64,000 nt of DNA. Origin: a virus. The notes beneath the pieces were generated by a model, which saw only the letters and a program-made list of their open reading frames with translations, did not search any database and was not told the origin of the DNA. Within the stretch, counting starts at the first letter, position 1; each line of letters starts with the position of its first letter. The translations under genes were made by a program, and so were the position numbers. Positions 50,001-58,200 of the stretch are shown here, piece after piece. Location: positions 42,088 to 106,087 of the IMG/VR virus record IMGVR_UViG_3300020411_004289; one strand, given 5' to 3'.

Positions 50001-50225
50001 CAAACACGAGCTCGTTTCGTGTCTCAGGTGACACCTCTCTTAGCTTTGATTCAAGCCCAGGCCGGAATCGAACAATTTAAGGTGGTATGTGACGATACAA
50101 ACAATTCAGTTCGGGATGTTGAAGAAAATAAACTAAACGGACGTATCGTTGTGGTCCCAACAAGGGCTGTTGAATTCATCGCTGTAGATTTTATTATCAC
50201 AAACAGTGGTGTGAGCTTTGAATAA
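47046..50225 (+). CDS. gp18: Tail sheath protein 1 (gp18-like)
   Basis: FRSPGFFEQEIDLS, GTAERGPAFVP, PWFAPAGFNRG, RINPI, IFGQKT, DRVNVRRLL, FEPN, PTRAVEFI. Confidence 0.92.
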   Translation: MMAEQTFRSPGFFEQEIDLSARKVSPSGTPAGVIGTAERGPAFVPVTVGSFADFETKFGSLDTNRFGPYAVREFLKHRTSLTYMRVLGAGSNETAAEISTTNTEGTVKNAGFVVTGSVKTAGTDLRGQGCVQILVAAHKPPAREASGFPSFTDNDSFFSNRDATSDQVNVVRAVILTASGTQVQLLEPNKAYSYDNTVLDTVGVDSIGRSPLTSAKYFKLCISSSAGAAFGNDDNSPGIRILSASLDPEDGNYISKVLNTDPLKFQKEEHLLYLDYAVEHDLAPVVSSSVGGCVALLSGSANTSAGTNSTQNFNALFGRFDTRYTTPRTTSFISQPYGFKEFDLFHFESLSDGSYANDKFKVSIANLRASTDPNNKYGTFEVQIRSFSDTDTNTQILERYPECSLDPKSDRYIARQIGDKKVSYDFDQEDPDERRLVIQGKYPNVSQRVRIRMNSAVEDRDIPQDALPFGFRGIPVLKTSDTLTDKTTSALVAANGTTLGTGAERRLGGGLGTAPAAALGALSGSIVPPLPFRFKVTRGAISTSTAPSFVGEVGTNERVDGRFYWGVKGTRVPLTGSLSKSILNTNVSSVANPLVAAYTKFQGIEKLDMLVSGSAQDEFNNNKFTLARVAFYNKDQGNGLSDVFTEFTGSSREHMKEASYIRNGDPDKTTYTVDDGTSYGDTRFTLASLIQTSSVIFNRFTDFAKFTNIFYGGFDGVNILDENANFFKDKALSADVGGGALEGDPDLGLSQIGSKNQQGEGRRNNAVASVRRAAEIMTDPMSVNINILAIPGIRDTFVSDHAIDLTKKYSQAIYLMDLIKYDEDGNRLYDDSTARVDVRETSENFEGRAIDNNYGATFFPDVFINDQVNNQIVKVPASVAALATLAFNDKVAFPWFAPAGFNRGALDFVVNVENRLTSGDRDTLYDARINPIAVFPRAGFVIFGQKTLQMAKSALDRVNVRRLLLEVKRQVVRVADKILFEPNTSQTRARFVSQVTPLLALIQAQAGIEQFKVVCDDTNNSVRDVEENKLNGRIVVVPTRAVEFIAVDFIITNSGVSFE

Positions 50226-50228
50226 ATG

Positions 50229-50235
50229 ATAAGTA
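50229..50235 (+). promoter_or_regulatory. Putative late promoter motif (ATAAGTA)
   Basis: Intergenic between the two sheath genes, ahead of SD AGGAG. Confidence 0.45.
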
Positions 50236-50266
50236 GTATTAGAGGAAAAATCCAGGAGATGACTCA

Positions 50267-53200
50267 ATGGCAGAGCTAACTTTTAAGAGCCCAGGTGTTA
50301 GCACACGGGAAATTGATTTAAGCGGACCAACTGCAATACAGCCCAGAGGAATTCCAGCGGGCATCGTTGGAACATCAATAAGAGGGCCGGCATTTGTCCC
50401 TATTACATTCGCAACTTTTCAAGATTTTGTCTCGACGTTTGGTAACACAGACGGCGACAAATTTGGACCGTTAGCAGTACATGAATGGATGCGAAACGCA
50501 GGTGCAGGAACTTATGTAAGAGTCCTAGGCATCGGAGACGGCAAAGCTAGAAATACAGGAGGTTCCAACCCAGGTAACGTAACTAACGCTGGATACGTTG
50601 TTGGTGATCGCCTTCCGAAAGCAAACGGCATGGTGGGTGATAATCCTTACACTCACACCGCCGGCCGCGGCCCTCTAGGAAGAACCTATGCACTAGGTTG
50701 TTTTATGTCTCAGGCTAATGGAAGCACAGTCTTTACAGATGCAGGATTAGGCCAGCTAGCTGCTGGTTCTGATAGAGCTAGGCCTATTCTTCGCGGTGTG
50801 GTCATGGCACCTTCTGGGGTTGTAATCTCCCTAAGTTCTTCAAACGCAAATACTACAAACAACGTACCCTCAACTACGAACAGAGCATTTGGTAATTTCG
50901 CTGCAGCAGCCGACGCCGGAAATCCATTCGGCGATGTTGTTACGAGTAGCGGTAAATCACAGTTTGTGATGCTACTAAACGGTCACAAAGTTTCTGATTC
51001 GTACGGCAATATCGTAACAGCATCTTTTGATCCGAAATCACCTTCTTATTTCGCAAACGTCTTTAATACAGACCCAACTAAGATTCAAGAAGCTGGTCAT
51101 TATCTTTATGCACACTGGGACATAGATCCAGTTTTGGCAGTACCTTCTGCTGCAGGGATGGGTCTCTCAGAGCGTTACAGCGATAGAACAACAATCGGCT
51201 TTATGCTCTCAGGGTCAAAAGGAAGAAATACTGGCGAAGCTTCTTCAGCTACTAACGCCGGCGCTCCAAACTGGGAAAGTTGGGAAGATAGGTACAGCGC
51301 TGCTTTCTCTCCTGCAGTTATTTCTCAAAAGTTTGGAGGTTCAAACCTCAATCTGTTTAAGGTGCACTCCAGAGACGATGGAGTAGTAGGTTCCCGAGCA
51401 TTTAAGATTACAATTGAAAATGTTCAAGCTTCAACTAATGAAAATAATAAGTTTGGAACATTTGACTTGTTGGTAAGAAGACTGGACGACAACGATATGA
51501 ATCCTGTCGTTCTTGAGAGTTTTCGAGGCCTGGATTTAAATCCTGGATCTGATCGATATGTTGCTAGAGTGATTGGTGATACAAACACATTCTATGACTT
51601 TGACAAAAAAGCCGGCGGACAAAAGCTGGTAATCGAAGGAAAATATCCAAACAGTTCACAGTTTATTAGAATTGAAGCAGATAATGATCTAGACCTAGGC
51701 AGATTGGACGACACAGCATTGCCTTGTGGTTTCCGTGGATTACATCACTTAGTAACTTCCGGATCAACCGTGGGCGATCTGGCAGCATTCACAGGATCTA
51801 TCGACGGTAGCTCAGAATTCGATTCTTTGCTAACTTGTAAGAACATAACTCAGTTACCTGTTCCGATGAGAGAAACTGTTGCTGTAGGGGTTGCGCCAAA
51901 GAAAACACCTGAAGCTGCACTTACTTGGGGCGTTCAGTTTGAGCTAAAAGACAGCACAACTCAACCTAACCAGAATCAAAAGCTAGATCCTTCTATATAC
52001 GGATTTACAAAGTGGTTCCCAAATTTTCACACTTCATTCCAGAACCCATGGGTTGGTGATAATGAAGGAACAGTTGATCTAAATGGGTGTGTCTTAGATG
52101 CAGACAGATATCTTAACAATCTATTCTCTTTAGAGCAGGTTGAGGTGATCACGTCTTCAAACAATAAGCCAGATGCACAGCAATGGTCAGCTGCAACCTA
52201 TAGAAGAAATGGAACATCAGTAGGATCACTTACAGATCGAGACGGCAACACGGGTATTGGCTCTAGATTCCTAGATGCTTCGATTGACTTTAGTCACTTA
52301 CCAACACGAAAATATCTTAAGTTTTCATTCCCTCTACAGGGAGGCTTTGATGGCGTAAATATTTTCGACAAAGACAAGTCCAAGCTAACAGACAATGCAG
52401 CTCGTCGAGAAATGGACGATTCATCAGCACAGGGAGGGACTTCAGGACCGACGGTTGCTGCATACAGAAAAGCAATTGACGTAATGGAAGAGAAATCAGA
52501 CGTCGATATTCAGCTGTTAGCAATCCCAGGACTTCGTCATGAATCCGTGACTGACTATGCTGTCGAATCAACAGAAAGAAGATTCGACGCGCTCTTTATT
52601 ATGGACATTGAAGAGAAAGATACAGTTGATGCTTACGTCACTGCTTCACTTGATCAAAATGTCAACGTAACAAACACAGTAAATAGATTCGGTGGGCGCT
52701 CGATGGATTCTTCGTTTGCGGCTGCGTACTTCCCAGACGTTGTAATAACAGATCCTTCGACTGCTACAAACGTACAATGCCCACCATCAGTTGCTGTTTT
52801 AGGTGCATTTTCACTAAATGACGCTGTTGCTCACCCATGGTTTGCACCAGCTGGATTTACACGCGGTGCACTATCATCTGTTGTAGAGTCACAAGTAAAA
52901 TTCAATAGAACAAACTTAGATGAACTATACACAGTTGATGTGAACCCGCTAACTTCTTTCCCACACACTCCGGGTGTAGTGGTCTTCGGCCAGAAAACAC
53001 TTTTGGCTGCACAAAGTGCCCTTGATAGAGTCAACGTAAGAAGACTTTTGATTGATGTGAGGAGAAAAGTTAAGAGAGTTGCTAATTCTCTCTTGTTCGA
53101 GCCAAACAGAACAGAGACGTTAGCTAGATTTAGTGCTGCTGTGACACCAATTTTAACACAAATTCAGCAGCAGCAAGGACTAGATCGATTTAAGGTACAG

Positions 53201-53335
53201 ATTGATACTACTACGACTACGCAGGCAGATGTTGAAAACAACACAATACGAGGCAAGATTTTCTTGCAGCCTACACGCTCCGTCGAATTCATCAGTCTAG
53301 ATTTCGTGGTGACAAATGCTGGCGCCGACGTATAA
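50267..53335 (+). CDS. gp18: Tail sheath protein 2 (gp18-like paralog)
   Basis: FKSPGVSTREIDLS, RGPAFVP, PWFAPAGFTRG, VFGQKT, DRVNVRRLL, FEPN, PTRSVEFI. Confidence 0.92.
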   Translation: MAELTFKSPGVSTREIDLSGPTAIQPRGIPAGIVGTSIRGPAFVPITFATFQDFVSTFGNTDGDKFGPLAVHEWMRNAGAGTYVRVLGIGDGKARNTGGSNPGNVTNAGYVVGDRLPKANGMVGDNPYTHTAGRGPLGRTYALGCFMSQANGSTVFTDAGLGQLAAGSDRARPILRGVVMAPSGVVISLSSSNANTTNNVPSTTNRAFGNFAAAADAGNPFGDVVTSSGKSQFVMLLNGHKVSDSYGNIVTASFDPKSPSYFANVFNTDPTKIQEAGHYLYAHWDIDPVLAVPSAAGMGLSERYSDRTTIGFMLSGSKGRNTGEASSATNAGAPNWESWEDRYSAAFSPAVISQKFGGSNLNLFKVHSRDDGVVGSRAFKITIENVQASTNENNKFGTFDLLVRRLDDNDMNPVVLESFRGLDLNPGSDRYVARVIGDTNTFYDFDKKAGGQKLVIEGKYPNSSQFIRIEADNDLDLGRLDDTALPCGFRGLHHLVTSGSTVGDLAAFTGSIDGSSEFDSLLTCKNITQLPVPMRETVAVGVAPKKTPEAALTWGVQFELKDSTTQPNQNQKLDPSIYGFTKWFPNFHTSFQNPWVGDNEGTVDLNGCVLDADRYLNNLFSLEQVEVITSSNNKPDAQQWSAATYRRNGTSVGSLTDRDGNTGIGSRFLDASIDFSHLPTRKYLKFSFPLQGGFDGVNIFDKDKSKLTDNAARREMDDSSAQGGTSGPTVAAYRKAIDVMEEKSDVDIQLLAIPGLRHESVTDYAVESTERRFDALFIMDIEEKDTVDAYVTASLDQNVNVTNTVNRFGGRSMDSSFAAAYFPDVVITDPSTATNVQCPPSVAVLGAFSLNDAVAHPWFAPAGFTRGALSSVVESQVKFNRTNLDELYTVDVNPLTSFPHTPGVVVFGQKTLLAAQSALDRVNVRRLLIDVRRKVKRVANSLLFEPNRTETLARFSAAVTPILTQIQQQQGLDRFKVQIDTTTTTQADVENNTIRGKIFLQPTRSVEFISLDFVVTNAGADV

Positions 53336-53351
53336 GTACTAATTGAATGAC

Positions 53352-53358
53352 ATATTTA
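53352..53358 (+). promoter_or_regulatory. Putative late promoter motif (GAC-ATATTTA)
   Basis: Intergenic. Upstream of SD TAAGGAG and the tube gene. Confidence 0.6.
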
Positions 53359-53387
53359 ATAAGGACCCATTAAGGAGATAACAGAAA

Positions 53388-53876
53388 ATGGCAGAAACAC
53401 TTCCAGTCACAGATATGCTACCCAATAAGTTTGAACCCAAACGAAAATTTAGATGGGTATTTGCAATTGAAGGGATTGATGCTTTTTTGATGAAGACGGC
53501 GGCCCGGCCTAACGTCACAATTGAGGAGACAGAAGTATCCTTCATTAACTCTACGCGTTACCTTGCCGGTAAGTCAAAATTCGAGGCAATTACTGTCACG
53601 CTACATGATCCAATTGCACCTTCGGGAGCACAGCAGGTAATGGAGTGGTGCAGAACACACTTTGAATCAGTTTCAGGTCGTGCAGGATATGCCGACTTCT
53701 ACAAGAGAGACTGCCAGCTCAAGCTTCTTGATCCAGTTGGAACAGTAGTTGAGCTTTGGGATATCAAAGGAGCGTTCCTCACTAACGCCACATTTGGTGA
53801 TCTAGACTACGGCGGCTCTGACCCAGCAGAAATTTCTCTGACAATCAGATTTGATAATTGCGTACTGCAATACTAA
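53388..53876 (+). CDS. gp19: Tail tube protein (T4 gp19-like)
   Basis: 162 aa after the sheath. YLAGK..FEAITVTL.D, MEW, YKRD..LKLLDP.G..VELW.IKGAF, LDY, LTIRFD. Confidence 0.88.
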   Translation: MAETLPVTDMLPNKFEPKRKFRWVFAIEGIDAFLMKTAARPNVTIEETEVSFINSTRYLAGKSKFEAITVTLHDPIAPSGAQQVMEWCRTHFESVSGRAGYADFYKRDCQLKLLDPVGTVVELWDIKGAFLTNATFGDLDYGGSDPAEISLTIRFDNCVLQY

Positions 53877-53944
53877 ACTCTAGAGTCAAAATACTAAAGA
53901 TCAGTAGTTTTTAAACTGTTAAAAGCTGTTATTTTAGCATATCT

Positions 53945-53978
53945 AAACCCAACCAAATAATTTTGGTTGGGTTTTTTT
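53945..53978 (+). terminator. Rho-independent terminator after the tail tube gene
   Basis: 13-bp stem AAACCCAACCAAA-TAAT-TTTGGTTGGGTTT followed by Ts. Confidence 0.85.
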
Positions 53979-54034
53979 ATTAACATGTGTGTGCACATTG
54001 CTAATTTTAGTACTATAGATTGCGAGGTATAACA

Positions 54035-54889
54035 GTGAGCAACGACGCAAGAGAGAATAACGAAGTTTTTTCCGCTAATCAGGCAAGAGCGGCAGGTTTC
54101 CAAACAAGAAACGTAATGGCAGATGATTTTGGGTTTGAAATCCCAGTTGAAGCTGTTCCACTTCCTTCTAATGGGAGAATCTATCCAGTAGATAGTCCAC
54201 TCCATAACCTGGAGACATTAGAGATCAGAGCGATGACTGCTAAGGAAGAAGATATTCTTACTTCTAGAGCGCTAATCAAGAAAGGCACAGTCATTACGCA
54301 CCTAATCAAGTCTTGTCTAGTTAACAAGGCCATTGATGTTGATGCAATGACAGTAGGCGATCGAAATGCGATCATGACTGCTCTCAGAGTTACAGGTTAT
54401 GGATCTGAATATACTGCTGAGGTTCAATGTCCAGCATGTGGAGAACAGTCTAAGCAAGATTTCCAGCTAACTGAGTTACCCATTAAGCGTTTGGACTCTG
54501 ATCCTGTTGCAGAAGGCGCGAACCTTTTTGAATTTAAACTACCTGTAACTAAGAAGACAGTGCATTTTAAGTTTCTAACAGGTGCGGATGAGACAAACCT
54601 TACAGTTATGATGGAGCGCCGCAAGAAGCAGGGTGGAGAAAGCGAGAATCTGGTGACGACTCGACTACAACATCAGATTGTAGCCATTGAAGGCATTAAA
54701 GATAGAAATAAGATTAATACCTTCGTGAGAAATATGCCGGCCAGAGACTCTTTGGCGCTAAGAAAGCACATCGATGGCTCAGAGCCCGGCCTAGACATGA
54801 AGACGTGGATGGACTGTCCTCACTGCATGGAAACATCGGAGGTACGGCTCCCGATGGGTGCCTCGTTTTTTTGGCCTGACACCGAGTGA
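54035..54889 (+). CDS. Tail assembly chaperone / baseplate hub assembly protein (gp26-like)
   Basis: GTG 54035 after GAGGT. LPSNG.IY, IRAMTAKEEDIL, GDRNAIM.ALR..GYG, Zn ribbons CPAC and CPHC, FFWPD end. Sits between tube and tape measure. Confidence 0.75.
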   Translation: MSNDARENNEVFSANQARAAGFQTRNVMADDFGFEIPVEAVPLPSNGRIYPVDSPLHNLETLEIRAMTAKEEDILTSRALIKKGTVITHLIKSCLVNKAIDVDAMTVGDRNAIMTALRVTGYGSEYTAEVQCPACGEQSKQDFQLTELPIKRLDSDPVAEGANLFEFKLPVTKKTVHFKFLTGADETNLTVMMERRKKQGGESENLVTTRLQHQIVAIEGIKDRNKINTFVRNMPARDSLALRKHIDGSEPGLDMKTWMDCPHCMETSEVRLPMGASFFWPDTE

Positions 54890-55142
54890 TAAAGAAATAT
54901 TTCTTCAGCAAATATTTTTGCTGATGTATTACATGGGCTTCACATACACAGAAGCATATCACTTGCCTGTATGGCAGCGCATTTGGTTCATTAACAGAAC
55001 CAATGAAGAGATAAAAGAGTCTGCCAAAGCAAATGACGGCCAGGCGCAGTCTAGAGCTGCGCATATGAATCATCCAGAAGCCAGATCGATGATGAATCGT
55101 GCACGGTCACAAGTTCCTGCAAGATTAAGAAGATTTACTTAA
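54858..55142 (+). CDS. Second chaperone ORF (gp51-like / lambda T-like), probably reached by frameshift
   Basis: QQIFLLMYYMGFTYTEAYHLPVWQRIWFI. Overlaps the upstream gene in the +1 frame across a T7 run. Confidence 0.7.
   Translation: MPRFFGLTPSDKEIFLQQIFLLMYYMGFTYTEAYHLPVWQRIWFINRTNEEIKESAKANDGQAQSRAAHMNHPEARSMMNRARSQVPARLRRFT
54866..54872 (+). other. Candidate programmed frameshift site (TTTTTTT)
   Basis: TCG TTT TTT TGG in frame 0 versus CGT TTT TTT GGC in frame +1. Confidence 0.6.
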
Positions 55143-55171
55143 TACCATCTGTAGTTCACTAGTGGCAATAG

Positions 55172-55178
55172 ATAATTA
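55172..55178 (+). promoter_or_regulatory. Putative late promoter motif (ATAATTA)
   Basis: Intergenic. Upstream of SD AGGA and the tape measure gene. Confidence 0.5.
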
Positions 55179-55204
55179 CCATATGTGAGAACAGGATTTT
55201 ATAG

Positions 55205-58200
55205 ATGGCAAAAAACGATCTCGGCGATCAACTAGCAGTTCAACAGCAGATAAATAAGGTTCTGGCACAGCGCCAGGCATTAATGGCTAAGTCTACCCAA
55301 GTCTTGGGTGCTCAAGTCAAGATGGCTGCTGAGCTTTGCAAAGCCCTAGAGTGCAAAGGCCTCGATGGGATGAATGATCGTCTTAAAGAGATAAATGATT
55401 CTCTTAATGAGGTTGCTGACACTGCCGAAGAGGCCGCAGAAAAAACAGAAGGCTTAGCCGATGCAGCTGGAAAAGCTAGCGCTAAAGTAGGTGATAATTC
55501 AAAATCATTAATGAAGCTTGGTGCAGGTATCGGACTTCTTAAAGGTGTCCAGGCAGGCTTCAGCGGCATTATGTCAACTCTATCGGGTCTAGGCAAGGGT
55601 TTAGTAAGTGTTGTAGGGTCTGTATTTAAGCTAGGCAAGACATTACTCTCTGTTCCTATTAAAATCTGGTCAGGCCTTATTGGCATGGCCCAGGGCGGCG
55701 GAGGTGGCCCTAATCCTATCAAAGTCGCGCTCGAAGAAGTTCGCAAGGAGATGGGTAGTCTAAACTCCGGAGAAGGTAAGGTCTTTAAGGAAGGTCTCAA
55801 GACCATGCGTGCCGAGTCAAAAAGTCTCGGAGGTTCGGGGCTGAGGCTCAGTAAAATTTTCGGAAAAGGACCAGGTGGTTTTGCTGAAGCAATCAAATAT
55901 AACTTAGAGACCGCGAAAGCACTAGGCAGTGCCTTTACCGCATTAAGAGGAGAATTTGCAAAATCAGCCGGCGCCCTTGCAGTATATCGTAAAGGCTTAG
56001 GGTTTTCAGCTGAAGAGATGGGTGCTTTAGGAAAGCGCGCCTTGGCACAAGGTAAATCCATGACTGAGCTCTCTCGAGAGACAGCAAGTTATGCCATTCA
56101 AATGGGCAAAGACTTTGGAATGAACTCTAAGGTTATCTCTAAAGATATGGGCAAGATGATGGCTGATTTTGATAATTTCGGCACATTAGGCCCCAAGGTT
56201 ATGTCTCAAGTTGCGGTATATACGCGCAAGTTAGGTATCGAGGTAAAAGAATTAACAGGCCTCGTAGATAAGTTTGACAACTTTGAAGATGCAGCTAAGG
56301 GCGCAGCACAATTGGCACAGTCGTTCGGAATGAATGTTGACGCCATGAAGATGATGAAAGAGCAAGACCCAGCTGCTCGCCTCTCCATGTTACAGAAAGC
56401 ATTTAAAGCCACAGGAAAATCTGTGGAAAGTATGAGTCGTCAAGAGCTCAAGATGCTGTCGACACAGGCTGGAATGAGTGCTGAGGCAACGAAGCTAGCC
56501 TTCAGTCAAAAAGGTTTGTCGATGTCATACGATGACGTCCAAAAAGCTGGCAGTAAAAACGAAAAGAAGCAGTTATCTCAAGCTGAAGCAATGAGCAAGT
56601 TGGCTGATTCCATAGAGCGAGTCTTTGGCGGTGGAGGCGGAAGCAAGTTTAAAGGCTTTTTTGATGCTTTTGCAAAAGGTTTTGGAAAAGGAATAAAGCG
56701 GTCCAAAGTCTTCAGGCAGGTGATGCGAAACATTAGAAAGTCGTTACGCGTTGTCTATAAGGCAGGTAAGCAAGTAGGAAAAGCATTTGTTAAATTCTTC
56801 CCAGGCGTCAAAAAAATGCTGAAAGGTCTAAGAGACCTTTTTAATCCTAAAGATGTAAAAAATCTAATGAAAGGCGTCGTCGCAGAGTTTAAGAACTTTT
56901 TCAAAACAGTTCAGGATGACCCACAAGCAGGTGTCGCCACACTCATCGAAAAACTAAAAGAAAAGTTTAAGGAATTTTTTGGAAAAAAGGGTAAAGCAGC
57001 AAGTGATGTAGCTGAAGGCGGAAAAACGTTTCTGAAGGTACTCGGAGGTATCTTTAAGGGACTTTTGATGATAGTCATACCGTTAATTACAAAGGGGATT
57101 AAAAAGCTCACAGAGATTATTAAGAATCCTCCTGGCATACCGGGCGCATTGAGTGAAATGTTCAAAGGCCTTTGGGCTGCTGTCAGCGATCTTTTTGGTG
57201 TTTTGTTCACCAAGCTTTTGCCACCGCTGCTGGCAGCGCTTAAAGGTCTATTCTTAGCAATATATGAAAAAATGAAGCCATTTTTGGCGAAGTACTGGCC
57301 TGTCTTGGTAGGTGCTCTTCTTGCAAAAGGCCTGGTCGTCGCGATTCTTTCGATGCTTAAAGGCGGCGCGGTCGCCGGCGCATTTGGTCTGCTGTTTAAA
57401 GGCTTGGCCAAGATGATGGGAAAAGAGGTCAGCAAAAAGAAAAAAGAGAAAGAGGCTGAAAGAAGCGGCCGAGTTATGGTTGCACCCTTGAGAGGCGCAA
57501 TTAAAGGCCTTAAGAAAATAGGCGGTGGAGATATCGCTAAGGCAGCTGGAAAATTAATGCTGCTAACATTCTTGTTTTTACCAGCATTTATTTCTTTTGT
57601 AACAACTTTAGTAGGAGGAATGGCCGGCCCCATTGCAGCAATGGGTAACCCGTTAAAATTTGTTTTAGCTGCCATCGGTATATCAAAAATAATATTCGCA
57701 TTTCAGTCAGTCTTCCATGCTGCTAAAACTACTAGTTCAAAAGACATCATGATGGCTACACTAAAGCTTGTGCTACTAGCAGGTGCATTTCTTGTTGGTG
57801 GCGTTGCTTTTGTGGGTGCACTTGGTCTAATTTCAGGCATGGCTTCCGGATTAGATTGGGTAGGGATTGCTCTGATGATGGTAGGATTAGGCACCGCCAT
57901 GATTGCTGTATCATTTGTAATAATGGCAACCCGATTGGTTACTGCAAAAGAAGTTGCAAAGTCTGCTCTTGTCGTCGCTGCAGCTTCACTTGTCGTCGCT
58001 GCCATGATTCCCTTTTCTATAGCAATGAAAATGGCTGCCCCCATATTAAACGGGATAGGCGTAGGTGAAGCTCTTAACGCTGGACTAACAATGATGGGTC
58101 TGGCTGTTGCAGTTTTAGGGGTTGCTGCTATAGCTTGGGCTGCTAAGCTCCTAAAACCTGCAATGATAAAACCAGCTGCTATGGGCTTAATTACCGCTAT

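Noticed and set aside
47046-55142. Bacterial extracellular contractile injection system or tailocin locus (because of two sheaths)
   Set aside because: Portal, terminase, protease, scaffold and capsid genes are present, so this is a complete phage morphogenesis region.
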